From the NCBI RefSeq assembly GCF_003334765.1, contig NZ_QOWT01000002.1: 64,000 bases of DNA; one strand, written 5' to 3'. The stretch comes from Escherichia coli (GTDB lineage Bacteria > Pseudomonadota > Gammaproteobacteria > Enterobacterales > Enterobacteriaceae). This document shows, one piece after another, positions 39,906 to 51,639 of this stretch (its first letter is position 1; every line of letters begins with the position of its first letter). The notes under the pieces are model-generated. The model had not been told where the DNA came from. It made no database searches and worked only from the letters and a program-made list of their open reading frames with translations. The translations under genes and the position numbers were made by a program.

Positions 39906-41600
39906 TTAATTACCAGCGACTTGTTTTGGGTTAAGTTTGGTAATATGGCCACTTTCAGTTCCTGCTGCAGGGTCGATGACCACATTAATAATGGTCGGTT
40001 TGCGCGACTGAATACCGGTGGTTAAAGCATGACGAAGTTCATCTGTCGTGGTGACGTTATAGCCAACGCCACGAAACGCATCCATTAATTTGTCATACCT
40101 TGCATGGTGCAACAGATCCGTTGGTGATGGTGCACCAGCGCCACTGAGATCAACACCGTCTCCTCTGTAGATGCCGCCATTATTAAAAATAACGATCGTC
40201 ACCGGCAGGTTATATCGACAAATCGTTTCAATTTCCATCCCACTGAAACCAAAAGCACTATCACCTTCAATGGCGACAACCGGAGAACCAGAAGTCACGC
40301 TAGCACCGATGGCATAGCCCATACCGATGCCCATGACACCCCAGGTACCACAATCCAGACGACGACGTGGTTTATACATATCAATAATATTTCGTGCATT
40401 ATCCAGGGTATTTGCACCTTCATTAACTAAATAAATATCCTGGTTCTCGCGCAATACGTCGCGCACAGCACTTAATGCATTAAAGTAATTTAATGGTTGA
40501 GTATCTGTACTTAATTTTTCATGCATTTTTTGTGCATTTTGCTGCTTGTGGATATTTAAAATATCGCGCCATACCAGTGGAGTCGTAAATGTGTTTTGTT
40601 TCAGTTCTGCCAGCATACCTTGCATACTGGATGCAATATCACCAACGACTGGCACAGCAATGGGGCGGTTGCTGTCAATTTCCTGCGGTTCAATATCCAG
40701 TTGAATAAACTGTGTATCTGCCGCCCATCCTTTTTTACCGTGTGCCAATAACCAATTCAGTCGTGCACCAACAAGCATGACAACGTCAGCATTTGCCAGG
40801 GCAAACGAACGCGCAGCTGCCGCAGAAAGTGGATGCGTATCTTCAAGGATCCCTTTCGCCATAGACATTGGCAGGAATGGAATCTGAGCACTTTCAATAA
40901 ATTCACGAAGCTGTTCATCAGCTTGTGAATACGCCGCGCCTTTGCCAAGGATAATTAATGGCCGTTCAGCTTTTGCTAAAAGCGAAATTGCGCTAGTGAC
41001 TGACTTCGGGCATGGCAATAATGCTGGCGACGGATTTTCAACTTTAACAATCGTGGTTAACGCTTCGTCTTTTTCCATCGTCGCGGCCAGGACATTTGCT
41101 GGCAAATCAAGATAAACTCCGCCAGGGCGACCCGATACAGAGACCCGGATAGCGCGTGCCAATGCAATGCCAAGATCCTGCGGCTGATTAACGCGAAATG
41201 CTGCTTTGGCATACGGTTTTGCCGCATTCATTTGGTCCAGCTCTTCATAATCACCTTGCTGTAGGTCGACGATCGCGCGGTCGCTGGAGCCGCTAATCAT
41301 GATCATCGGAAAACCATTTACCGTTGCGTTGGCCAATGCGGTCAAACCATTGAGGAATCCTGGCGCAGAAACTGTCAGGCAGATCCCCGGTTTTTGGGTA
41401 AGAAAACCGCTTGCCGCAGCGGCATAGCCTGCCGACTGCTCATGACGAAAACCAATATAACGAATGCCTTCCGCCTGGGCATGGCGTGCCATATCCGTCA
41501 CAGGAATACCTACAACACCATAAATAGTGTCAATATTATTCTGTTTTAATGCTTCAACGATGATATGCATACCATCTGTCATTTGAAGTTGATCTGACAT
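39906..41600 (-). CDS. oxc: Oxalyl-CoA decarboxylase (ThDP-dependent)
   Basis: 564 aa ThDP enzyme; recognised. Confidence 0.9.
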   Translation of the reverse strand: MSDQLQMTDGMHIIVEALKQNNIDTIYGVVGIPVTDMARHAQAEGIRYIGFRHEQSAGYAAAASGFLTQKPGICLTVSAPGFLNGLTALANATVNGFPMIMISGSSDRAIVDLQQGDYEELDQMNAAKPYAKAAFRVNQPQDLGIALARAIRVSVSGRPGGVYLDLPANVLAATMEKDEALTTIVKVENPSPALLPCPKSVTSAISLLAKAERPLIILGKGAAYSQADEQLREFIESAQIPFLPMSMAKGILEDTHPLSAAAARSFALANADVVMLVGARLNWLLAHGKKGWAADTQFIQLDIEPQEIDSNRPIAVPVVGDIASSMQGMLAELKQNTFTTPLVWRDILNIHKQQNAQKMHEKLSTDTQPLNYFNALSAVRDVLRENQDIYLVNEGANTLDNARNIIDMYKPRRRLDCGTWGVMGIGMGYAIGASVTSGSPVVAIEGDSAFGFSGMEIETICRYNLPVTIVIFNNGGIYRGDGVDLSGAGAPSPTDLLHHARYDKLMDAFRGVGYNVTTTDELRHALTTGIQSRKPTIINVVIDPAAGTESGHITKLNPKQVAGN

Positions 41601-41653
41601 GATTAATAACCTCGAAATTTTTATAAATTGGGAGCCAGAAGCCCCCGTTAATA

Positions 41654-42904
41654 TCAGATGGCGTGGTTTTGCTTCATTGCAGCAATTTCATCGTCGCTAT
41701 AACCCAGCTCCTGCAATACAGCAGCGGTATGTTCACCTAATAGCGGCGCAGCTTTAATATCCGGCGTAAAGGCAGAGAATTTCATTGGACAACCAACGGT
41801 CAGATATTTTCCACGCAACGGTTGTTCCACTTCAACAACACTGCCACTTTGGCGCAAAGAGGGATCAAGTGAAATTTCTTTCATACTTAAAACCGGTGCA
41901 CAAGGAATATCAAACTGAGTCAAATAGGCCACCGCTTCATGTTTATCAATAGTGACAGTGTATTTTTCGATTTCAGCAAAAATATCGAAAATATGTGGCT
42001 GTCGTGCATGGGCTGTACTGTATGCCGGATCGGTAATCCATTCTGGTTTGCCGATGGCTTTACAGGTGTTTTCCCAGTTTTGCTCCTGAATAGTGAAATA
42101 AATATAGGCGTTAGGATCGGTTTCCCAGCCTTTACATTTCAGGATCCAGCCAGGCTGACCGCCACCACCTGCATTACCACCGCGGGGAACTGCATCACCA
42201 AATGTACCATTCGGATACTGCGGGTATTCTTCCAGATAACCCAATTTATCGAGACGCTGCTGGTCACGTAATTTCACGCGGCAAAGGTTCAATACGGCAT
42301 CCTGCATTGACATGGTGACTCGTTGCCCACGCCCCGTTTTTTCGCGATGCAGCAAAGCAGCAAGTAAACCGATCAGCAAATGCATTCCGGTGTTGCTGTC
42401 ACCCAACGCTGCAGCGCTTACCAGCGGCGGACCATCCCAAAAACCCGTAGTGGATGCCGCGCCACCCGCTGCCTGAGCAACGTTTTCATAGGCTTTTACA
42501 TTCACATAAGGCGAACACTCATCAAACCCTTTGATCGAACCAAAAATCAGACGTGGATTGATTTCTTGAATATGCTCCCAGGTGAAGCCCATGTGATCAA
42601 TGGCCCCTGGATGAAAGTTCTCGACTAAGATATCAGCTTCGCGGATCAGCTTTTCCATTACCTCTTTGCCTTCCGCTGTTTTGGTATTTAACTCAATAGA
42701 ACGTTTGTTACTGTTAAGCATGGTGAAGTAAAGCGCATCGATATCAGGAATATCTCGCAGCTGGTGACGCGTTACGTCACCAACGCCGGGACGTTCAATT
42801 TTAATAACGTCAGCGCCAAACCAGGCCAGCATTTGAGTACAAGATGGGCCAGATTGCACACCGGTGAAATCGAGAACTTTAATTCCTTGAAGTGGAGTTG
42901 ACAT
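41654..42904 (-). CDS. frc: Formyl-CoA:oxalate CoA-transferase
   Basis: 416 aa family III CoA-transferase; recognised. Confidence 0.9.
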
Positions 42905-43416
42905 AGCAATACCTATTAGTTAATTAAATATGTGTTAATTTAGCGTTTATTTAAGGCGTAATATCTTCTATAAATAACCCGCAAAATATCGTCGTAGCTG
43001 CACTCGATATTTTTAAAATCCTGTATCAAGTGCTGAAAATCATTTCATCGCCACTTCCAATTCCTTTCTGCATGGTAAGTAGTGAGGACGAAAAGAAGAA
43101 TATGATAAATATTGATTCGTGGTAATCAGAGAGAGTCGCGACATTTGTGATGTTATTCTTACAACTGTAAGAAGCGCCGGTGATTTACAAGCAAGGGTAT
43201 GATTACGCTTTTTAAAGCGTACCATAAAACATAACATAATAAATGATTTGTGATGACACGGGATTATTGCGGTTTACTTTGAGGAATATAAAATGCGAGT
43301 TTATAGCACCGCGAGCGCCAAATAATTTTATGACCACAACCTGTCGTATTGTGGTCATAAAAAATTGTCGGCTGGAGGGAGTTAAATCCTTTACCTCAAT
43401 ATACTGCCTGTCAGCA

Positions 43417-44052
43417 TTAGTTCACAAACAGTGCTTCGCTATCGACGATGATTCCATCTTCCGCACCTTTAAGCGCCAGGTTTGCCTCGTAGTATTGCTT
43501 TTTATCAAGCAGTTTCTGCGCATCAGCAAGTGCATTACGAGTCTGTTTAAGTGGCATCAGATATTGGTTTTCCATTACGCCAACACCGGCCAGGCGAAGC
43601 TCTTCCATTGCGCCCTTTTTATCCCCTTTCGCCATTTTTTCATTGGCAATTTTTATCGCGGCTTCTTTTTCGGGAGTTGCTACATAACTCTCAGAAATTC
43701 CGACAGATGCATTAATGACAATATATTGGTCATCATTGAGATTGGTCTTTTTACCTGGCTTAGCGAACTTTGCCCATTCGGTACTGTCATCTGACAGCAA
43801 AGCGGAAGCTTCATTGGTCAGTTCTTTTGCCTTTTCTGGATCGCCATGAAACAGAGCCAGGCGCGCTACCTGCACGTCACGCATCGCATATAAACCTTGT
43901 TCAGAGATACGCTCTGCTGCCGCTGCCGTTTTCTGGGTTTGCTGAACTTGCTGAGTTTGCTGTTGTGCCGCTACCGGAGCATTATCAGCAGCCCATACAG
44001 TTGAAGATGCCAGAATTGCTGTGACCATCGTGGCCATAATTAAACGTTTCAT
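43417..44052 (-). CDS. yfdX: Periplasmic protein YfdX
   Basis: 211 aa with signal peptide; EvgA-regulated gene in K-12. Confidence 0.85.
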   Translation of the reverse strand: MKRLIMATMVTAILASSTVWAADNAPVAAQQQTQQVQQTQKTAAAAERISEQGLYAMRDVQVARLALFHGDPEKAKELTNEASALLSDDSTEWAKFAKPGKKTNLNDDQYIVINASVGISESYVATPEKEAAIKIANEKMAKGDKKGAMEELRLAGVGVMENQYLMPLKQTRNALADAQKLLDKKQYYEANLALKGAEDGIIVDSEALFVN

Positions 44053-44347
44053 ACTTACCTCATTCTTTAACAGTTTTAGAAAACGCCGCCATCATATTGG
44101 GTGAGCATGAAATGAGAAATCAGAGAGCAACGGTCATTTTGAAAGGGTTATCTTACAGTTGTAGTTATTATCGCAAGAAGTATTTTAGTCTTACAATTGT
44201 AGGAATATGCTTCCTGTCGCAGAGAACTATTCTTATATACCACAAAGAGATGTCATTTATTATATCGATGTAAATACTGATTAATTAAATGTAAATACAG
44301 CCATAACATCGTAGGTTCTCAGTGAACCATTTTCAGGATAACTTTCT

Positions 44348-44623
44348 ATGAAAGTAAACTTAATACTTTTCAGCTTATTTTTATTGGTCTCTATTATGGC
44401 ATGCAATGTTTTTGCATTTTCCATTTCGGGTGGTGGAAGTGAGAGGAGCTATAAAGAGACTGAAAAAACATCAGCGATGACGACCACACACTCTACAAAA
44501 CTTCAGCCATCACAGGCGATTTTGTTTAAGATGAGAGAAGATGCGCCACCATTAAACCTCACAGAAGAAATGCCGCCCCCTTTTCCGACAAAGGCGAATT
44601 ATCTTATTCATCCTGTGCGATAG
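44348..44623 (+). CDS. ypdI: Lipoprotein YpdI
   Basis: 91 aa, signal peptide with Cys (lipobox-like MAC). Confidence 0.75.
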   Translation: MKVNLILFSLFLLVSIMACNVFAFSISGGGSERSYKETEKTSAMTTTHSTKLQPSQAILFKMREDAPPLNLTEEMPPPFPTKANYLIHPVR

Positions 44624-44699
44624 CGTCTTTCACATGGCAGGTGAACAATCATGTCTGATGCTGATGTGAACACCTGCCCAAATGAGCCATCCTGACCCA

Positions 44700-44942
44700 C
44701 TACCGCCTGCCATACCCCACCATAAAGCGAATCATCAAGCCACAAGCCGGGGCAAGAAACATAAATATCCCCGTCACTAGTTCATTACCGCCAGTTAACC
44801 ACATGGTGAAGTAATAAATGAGTGCAGCGAGGATCACCATGCCGAAGAAAGAAGAGACCGCCGATACCACGTTCAGTACCTGACCGATGTAGCCGCTTAC
44901 GCAGACAATACACAGGGCGAGAAACATCCATAAATTAATCAT
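44700..44942 (-). CDS. yfdY: Small inner membrane protein YfdY
   Basis: 80 aa, two TM helices. Confidence 0.75.
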   Translation of the reverse strand: MINLWMFLALCIVCVSGYIGQVLNVVSAVSSFFGMVILAALIYYFTMWLTGGNELVTGIFMFLAPACGLMIRFMVGYGRR

Positions 44943-45294
44943 AGCTCAACCTCCTGCCGCGCTAAAAAACCTGTAACTTCAGTCACTTTAATAGTAAGAC
45001 AATCCTTAACCTCTGGCAATTTTTGCTAAGCATCAATGAAAACAGCATGTTAAATGCAAGACTGTTGTGTACGGAAAAATATTTACTTTGCACGATTAAT
45101 AATCAGTAGCTGAAAGCAGTCAGCGAGTGATAAAGTACAGATACCGCCTTCATGCTCCTCGTGGTTATGTCCTGACTAGTCTTTACACTCTTTACAGGAA
45201 CCATTGTCGTACATGATGGCCCAACCAATTGAGTGTACCGCTGTCGACATGGAATCTTCTGCGATACAACAATTCGTATCTACAGAAGGTAACT

Positions 45295-46215
45295 ATGTTT
45301 CCACAATGCAAATTTTCCCGCGAGTTTCTACATCCTCGCTACTGGCTCACATGGTTTGGGCTTGGTGTACTCTGGCTTTGGGTACAGCTTCCTTATCCTG
45401 TTCTCTGCTTTCTCGGCACGCGTATTGGCGCAATGGCGCGACCATTCCTGAAACGTCGTGAATCTATCGCCCGTAAAAACCTGGAACTTTGTTTCCCGCA
45501 GCATTCTGCGGAAGAACGCGAGAAGATGATTGCCGAAAACTTTCGTTCACTCGGCATGGCGCTGGTAGAAACCGGCATGGCATGGTTCTGGCCCGACAGT
45601 CGCGTACGTAAATGGTTTGATGTTGAAGGGTTGGATAACCTTAAACGCGCACAAATGCAAAATCGCGGCGTAATGGTTGTCGGCGTCCATTTTATGTCGC
45701 TGGAACTGGGCGGCCGCGTGATGGGACTGTGCCAACCAATGATGGCTACCTATCGTCCACATAATAATCAGCTGATGGAATGGGTGCAGACCCGTGGGCG
45801 CATGCGCTCTAACAAAGCGATGATCGGCAGAAATAATCTGCGCGGCATTGTCGGTGCACTGAAGAAAGGTGAAGCGGTATGGTTTGCTCCCGATCAGGAT
45901 TATGGTCGTAAAGGCAGCTCCTTCGCGCCGTTCTTTGCGGTGGAAAATGTCGCCACAACCAATGGCACCTATGTTCTCTCCCGTCTCTCTGGCGCAGCCA
46001 TGTTGACCGTAACGATGGTAAGAAAAGCGGATTACAGCGGATATCGTTTGTTCATCACCCCAGAGATGGAAGGCTACCCGACAGATGAAAATCAAGCCGC
46101 TGCCTATATGAACAAGATTATCGAGAAAGAGATCATGCGCGCACCGGAGCAGTACCTCTGGATCCACCGTCGCTTTAAAACGCGCCCGGTGGGAGAATCG
46201 TCGTTGTACATTTAA
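45295..46215 (+). CDS. lpxP: Lipid A palmitoleoyltransferase LpxP
   Basis: Recognised; ORF 45229..46215, start probably MFPQCKFSREF. Confidence 0.9.
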   Translation: MFPQCKFSREFLHPRYWLTWFGLGVLWLWVQLPYPVLCFLGTRIGAMARPFLKRRESIARKNLELCFPQHSAEEREKMIAENFRSLGMALVETGMAWFWPDSRVRKWFDVEGLDNLKRAQMQNRGVMVVGVHFMSLELGGRVMGLCQPMMATYRPHNNQLMEWVQTRGRMRSNKAMIGRNNLRGIVGALKKGEAVWFAPDQDYGRKGSSFAPFFAVENVATTNGTYVLSRLSGAAMLTVTMVRKADYSGYRLFITPEMEGYPTDENQAAAYMNKIIEKEIMRAPEQYLWIHRRFKTRPVGESSLYI

Positions 46216-46570
46216 CAAACTGCTCTTACTCTTTCCCTCCTCAAATCGGCCATAATAACCTCATGGTTTTTATGGCTTTTTTCTTAAGGTTTTTTCCTTC
46301 GCTGAATATCTAATTATTACCGTCAGAAATTAAACTGTCGCCGATATGAGACACTTGTAAGTTACTAAAAGTAAATAAGAAAATGCCTCTTGTCTCGTTT
46401 CAGTTTTAGGCGTACATTAGCGCCGTCTCGAGCAGTTTAGCTCAGAATTCTGGGGTGATGCCCACGGTAAAATACAGGGCTTTTAAGGTCGCTTTGCCCG
46501 GTGTCAACTCACTGTATCAGGTGTAATGAAGTCATTCAGGCGTAACAGTAATTACGCGGAGAGATGTAAA

Positions 46571-46642
46571 GTGAAATATTTCTTTATGGGCATTTCTTTT
46601 ATGGTCATCGTTTGGGCCGGTACTTTTGCCCTGATGATCTAA
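46571..46642 (+). CDS. ypdK: Small membrane protein YpdK (23 aa, GTG start)
   Basis: MKYFFMGISFMVIVWAGTFALMI; below ORF-track length cutoff. Confidence 0.65.
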   Translation: MKYFFMGISFMVIVWAGTFALMI

Positions 46643-46706
46643 AAGCAAACTGTGCAATGAAAAACAGGAGCCATCAGGCTCCTGTTTGCATTTCTGACGA
46701 CGGTGT

Positions 46707-47945
46707 TTATTCCGCGTTTTCGTGAATATGTTTGCTGCTGGCGGGTAGTAAACCGTCGGCACGGAACATCGCTTTAATCCCTCTGATGGCCTGACGAATA
46801 CGGTCGCGGTTTTCAATCAGTGCAAAGCGAACATGCGTATCACCATAGTCGCCAAAGCCAATCCCCGGCGAGACACAAACCTTCGCTTCGTTAAGGAGCT
46901 TCTTGGCAAATTCCAGCGATCCCATGGCCGCATATGGTTCCGGGATTTTCGCCCAGACATACATCGAAGCCTTCGGCATTTCAACCATCCAGCCCGCTTC
47001 ATGCAGCCCTTTAACCAATACATCACGGCGGCGTTTGTACTGTTCGGCAATGTCGCGCACGCACTGTTGATCGCCCTCCAGCGCCGCAATCGCCGCCACC
47101 TGCAACGGCGTAAAGGTGCCGTAATCGTGATAGCTTTTAATACGAGCCAGGGCGCTGACCAGCGTTTTGTTGCCAACCATAAAGCCGATACGCCAGCCCG
47201 CCATGTTGTAGCTTTTCGACAGCGTAAAGAACTCGACTGCCACATCGCGTGCACCCGGTACCTGCATAATTGACGGCGCTTTCCAGCCATCGTAGACGAT
47301 ATCGGCATAGGCCAGGTCATGGACCACCAGCACATCGTAGCGTTTCGCCAGCGCCACTACTTTTTCGAAGAACTCCAGTTCCACGCATTGCGCGGTTGGG
47401 TTTGACGGGAAGCCGAGGATCATCATCTTCGGTTTCGGATAACTTTCACGAATGGCTCGCTCCAGTTCGTTGAAGAAATCGACACCTTCCACCAGCGGCA
47501 CTGAGCGTACCTGCGCCCCGGCAATCACCGCGCCATAAATATGGATCGGGTAACTTGGATTCGGCACCAGCACCGTGTCACCATGATCCAGCGTCGCCAG
47601 CATCAGATGCGCCAGGCCCTCTTTCGAACCAATAGTGACGATGGCTTCTGATTCCGGGTCGATTTCAACGTCGTAGCGATCCTGATACCAGCGGGAAATG
47701 GCGCGACGTAACCGCGGAATGCCGCGTGAAGTGGAGTAACCATGCGTGTCCGGGCGCTGGGCCACAGTACATAATTTTTCGACGATATGCGGCGGAGTCG
47801 CACCGTCCGGGTTACCCATGCTGAAATCGATAATATCTTCGCCGCGCCGACGCGCAGCCATTTTCAGTTCAGCGGTGATGTTAAAAACGTAGGGCGGGAG
47901 ACGATCAATGCGCGTAAAGCGACGTTCAGGGCGAGTGTCAGCCAT
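46707..47945 (-). CDS. alaC: Glutamate-pyruvate aminotransferase AlaC
   Basis: 412 aa PLP aminotransferase; recognised. Confidence 0.9.
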   Translation of the reverse strand: MADTRPERRFTRIDRLPPYVFNITAELKMAARRRGEDIIDFSMGNPDGATPPHIVEKLCTVAQRPDTHGYSTSRGIPRLRRAISRWYQDRYDVEIDPESEAIVTIGSKEGLAHLMLATLDHGDTVLVPNPSYPIHIYGAVIAGAQVRSVPLVEGVDFFNELERAIRESYPKPKMMILGFPSNPTAQCVELEFFEKVVALAKRYDVLVVHDLAYADIVYDGWKAPSIMQVPGARDVAVEFFTLSKSYNMAGWRIGFMVGNKTLVSALARIKSYHDYGTFTPLQVAAIAALEGDQQCVRDIAEQYKRRRDVLVKGLHEAGWMVEMPKASMYVWAKIPEPYAAMGSLEFAKKLLNEAKVCVSPGIGFGDYGDTHVRFALIENRDRIRQAIRGIKAMFRADGLLPASSKHIHENAE

Positions 47946-48320
47946 AATTTCCTCAGATTAACGTTAGCGCCCGGACCGTCCGAGCGACGCTGCCACGATG
48001 GTGGCTGTTTTGAAAATAGCCTGATTAATTTCTGTCTGTCCAGCGTTTTAGAACATTTTATTAATGACGTTAAATGAGGAACTCTGCTTTAAAAACAGGA
48101 AATTTATCTGCGCTAACAAGAAAATTACCACTCATTTTATTAACATAATAATTTCAATAAATTTACTAACCAGAAGTGCATTATCAAGAGATGCATTGCT
48201 AATACACCATTTATCTATCAATCCCCTTTTAAAATTGTGGTTTTTCCTCAAAAACGGCCTGCTGGTCATCAGCCTTCAGGTTACCTATCATAGAGGTTTA
48301 ATCCTTATTCAGAGTCACCC

Positions 48321-50018
48321 GTGCACGAAATATTCAACATGCTGCTGGCGGTCTTCGATCGGGCAGCGTTAATGCTTATCTGCCTGTTCTTTCTCATCCG
48401 TATCCGCCTGTTTCGCGAACTGTTGCACAAGTCGGCGCACTCCCCAAAAGAATTGCTCGCCGTTACCGCCATTTTCTCGCTGTTCGCCCTGTTCAGCACC
48501 TGGTCCGGCGTTCCCGTAGAAGGCTCGCTGGTGAACGTACGTATTATCGCGGTGATGTCCGGCGGGATTCTGTTTGGCCCGTGGGTAGGCATCATTACCG
48601 GCGTGATTGCGGGTATTCACCGGTATTTAATTGATATCGGCGGCGTGACGGCGATCCCCTGCTTTATCACCAGCATTCTGGCGGGTTGTATATCGGGCTG
48701 GATCAACCTGAAAATCCCCAAAGCACAGCGCTGGCGCGTCGGTATTCTCGGCGGCATGTTGTGTGAGACGTTGACCATGATTCTGGTAATTGTCTGGGCA
48801 CCAACTACCGCGTTGGGGATCGATATCGTCTCTAAAATCGGCATTCCAATGATCCTCGGTAGCGTCTGTATCGGCTTTATTGTGCTTCTGGTGCAAAGCG
48901 TTGAGGGCGAAAAAGAGGCCAGCGCCGCGCGGCAGGCCAAGCTGGCGCTGGATATCGCCAACAAAACGCTACCGCTGTTTCGCCATGTCAATAGCGAGTC
49001 ATTACGCAAGGTCTGCGAAATTATCCGCGATGACATTCACGCCGATGCGGTGGCGATTACTAATACCGATCATGTGCTGGCCTATGTTGGCGTGGGTGAA
49101 CATAACTATCAGAATGGCGATGACTTCATTAGCCCGACTACCCGTCAGGCGATGAATTACGGAAAAATCATCATTAAAAACAATGATGAAGCCCACCGCA
49201 CACCAGAGATTCATTCCATGCTGGTGATCCCATTGTGGGAGAAAGGGGTCGTGACCGGAACGCTGAAAATTTACTACTGCCACGCGCATCAGATCACCTC
49301 GTCATTACAGGAAATGGCGGTCGGTCTGTCGCAAATCATCTCCACGCAACTGGAGGTTTCACGCGCCGAGCAGCTACGTGAAATGGCAAATAAGGCAGAG
49401 CTTCGCGCCCTGCAAAGCAAAATTAATCCCCATTTTCTGTTTAACGCTCTGAACGCTATTTCATCGTCAATCCGTCTGAATCCGGATACCGCTCGCCAGT
49501 TGATCTTTAATCTGTCGCGTTATCTGCGCTATAACATTGAATTAAAAGACGATGAGCAAATCGATATCAAAAAAGAGCTGTATCAAATTAAAGACTATAT
49601 TGCCATTGAGCAGGCCCGCTTTGGTGACAAGCTGACGGTTATCTATGATATTGATGAAGAGGTGAATTGCTGCATTCCCAGCCTGCTGATCCAGCCGTTG
49701 GTGGAGAACGCCATTGTCCACGGTATTCAGCCTTGCAAAGGTAAAGGCGTTGTCACCATCAGCGTTGCAGAGTGCGGAAATCGGGTACGCATTGCGGTGC
49801 GAGATACCGGGCACGGCATCGATCCAAAGGTGATTGAGCGGGTCGAAGCGAATGAAATGCCGGGCAATAAAATTGGCCTGCTGAATGTCCATCATCGCGT
49901 GAAGTTATTGTATGGCGAGGGGCTGCATATCCGCCGCCTGGAGCCGGGGACGGAAATTGCGTTTTACATTCCTAACCAACGCACCCCAGTCGCCTCACAG
50001 GCTACGTTATTGCTTTGA
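48321..50018 (+). CDS. ypdA: LytS-type sensor histidine kinase YpdA (PyrS)
   Basis: 565 aa, 5TM-5TMR_LYT N-terminus, GAF, His kinase; GTG start. Confidence 0.9.
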
Positions 50019-50032
50019 GCCGGAGTGATATT

Positions 50033-50767
50033 GTGAAAGTCATCATTGTTGAAGACGAATTCCTGGCACAACAGGAACTGAGCTGGCTAATTAAAGAGCA
50101 CAGCCAGATGGAGATTGTCGGCACCTTTGACGACGGTCTGGACGTGTTGAAGTTTTTGCAGCATAACCGCGTCGACGCCATTTTTCTGGATATCAATATT
50201 CCGTCGCTGGATGGCGTGTTGCTGGCGCAAAACATCAGCCAGTTCGCCCATAAACCGTTTATTGTGTTCATCACCGCGTGGAAAGAACATGCGGTAGAAG
50301 CGTTTGAACTGGAGGCGTTTGACTACATTCTCAAACCGTATCAGGAGTCACGTATTACCGGGATGCTGCAAAAACTGGAAGCGGCCTGGCAACAACAGCA
50401 GACCAGCAGTACGCCTGCCGCGACGGTAACGCGTGAGAATGACACCATTAATCTGGTGAAAGATGAGCGAATAATCGTCACGCCAATTAACGATATCTAT
50501 TACGCCGAAGCGCACGAGAAAATGACCTTTGTCTATACGCGGCGTGAATCCTACGTAATGCCGATGAACATTACCGAATTTTGCAGCAAACTGCCGCCGT
50601 CGCATTTTTTCCGCTGCCATCGCTCATTTTGTGTCAATCTGAACAAAATACGCGAAATCGAACCGTGGTTTAATAACACCTACATTCTGCGACTGAAAGA
50701 TCTGGATTTTGAAGTGCCGGTCAGCCGCAGCAAAGTGAAAGAATTTCGCCAGTTAATGCATCTTTAA
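50033..50767 (+). CDS. ypdB: LytTR-family response regulator YpdB (PyrR)
   Basis: REC domain plus LytTR; probable GTG start at 50033 (ORF track 50015). Confidence 0.9.
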   Translation: MKVIIVEDEFLAQQELSWLIKEHSQMEIVGTFDDGLDVLKFLQHNRVDAIFLDINIPSLDGVLLAQNISQFAHKPFIVFITAWKEHAVEAFELEAFDYILKPYQESRITGMLQKLEAAWQQQQTSSTPAATVTRENDTINLVKDERIIVTPINDIYYAEAHEKMTFVYTRRESYVMPMNITEFCSKLPPSHFFRCHRSFCVNLNKIREIEPWFNNTYILRLKDLDFEVPVSRSKVKEFRQLMHL

Positions 50768-50779
50768 TCGGGAACTTTC

Positions 50780-51637
50780 ATGAAAGCACCAGGCTTGCCC
50801 GCCGATCAACAATTTTTCGCCGATCTGTTCAGCGGCCTGGTGCTTAACCCGCAACTACTGGGGCGCGTCTGGTTTGCCAGCCAGCCTGCCTCGTTGCCGG
50901 TGGGCAGTTTATGTATTGATTTTCCCCGTCTGGATATCGTGCTGCGCGGCGAATACGGCAATCTGCTGGAAGCAAAGCAGCAACGTTTGGTGGAAGGAGA
51001 AATGCTGTTTATTCCGGCGCGCGCGGCTAATTTACCGGTCAACAACAAACCGGTGATGCTGTTAAGCCTGGTGTTCGCTCCGACCTGGCTTGGGTTATCG
51101 TTTTACGATAGCCGCACCACGTCGTTGTTGCATCCTGCTCGCCAGATCCAGCTTCCCAGCCTGCAACGCGGTGAAGGTGAAGCGATGCTTACCGCCCTCA
51201 CCCATCTTAGCCGTTCGCCGCTGGAGCAAAATATCATTCAGCCGCTGGTGTTAAGTTTGCTGCATCTTTGCCGTAGCGTGGTGAATATGCCGCCGGGCAA
51301 TTCGCAGCCGCGCGGCGATTTTCTCTATCACAGCATTTGTAACTGGGTTCAGGATAATTATGCCCAGCCGCTCACCCGCGAGAGCGTGGCGCAGTTTTTT
51401 AATATCACGCCCAATCATCTGTCAAAACTGTTTGCTCAGCATGGAACGATGCGTTTTATCGAGTATGTGCGTTGGGTGCGAATGGCGAAGGCGAGGATGA
51501 TTTTGCAGAAATATCATCTGTCAATTCATGAAGTGGCACAGCGTTGCGGTTTTCCGGATAGCGACTATTTTTGTCGCGTTTTCCGGCGTCAGTTTGGTCT
51601 GACGCCGGGAGAGTACAGCGCCCGTTTTCAGGGCTAA
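50780..51637 (+). CDS. ypdC: AraC-family transcriptional regulator YpdC
   Basis: 285 aa with C-terminal AraC HTH. Confidence 0.85.
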   Translation: MKAPGLPADQQFFADLFSGLVLNPQLLGRVWFASQPASLPVGSLCIDFPRLDIVLRGEYGNLLEAKQQRLVEGEMLFIPARAANLPVNNKPVMLLSLVFAPTWLGLSFYDSRTTSLLHPARQIQLPSLQRGEGEAMLTALTHLSRSPLEQNIIQPLVLSLLHLCRSVVNMPPGNSQPRGDFLYHSICNWVQDNYAQPLTRESVAQFFNITPNHLSKLFAQHGTMRFIEYVRWVRMAKARMILQKYHLSIHEVAQRCGFPDSDYFCRVFRRQFGLTPGEYSARFQG

Positions 51638-51639
51638 CG

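Noticed and set aside
43243-43794. 183-aa plus-strand ORF
   Set aside because: Antisense overlap with yfdX and the AT-rich intergenic region; unusual Phe/Cys-rich composition typical of spurious ORFs in AT-rich DNA.
45547-46218. 223-aa minus-strand ORF
   Set aside because: Entirely antisense to lpxP, which is strongly supported.
46817-47473. Alternative-frame ORFs (172 aa minus, 146 aa and 67 aa plus) within alaC
   Set aside because: Overlap the recognised alaC reading frame; Arg-rich artefacts.
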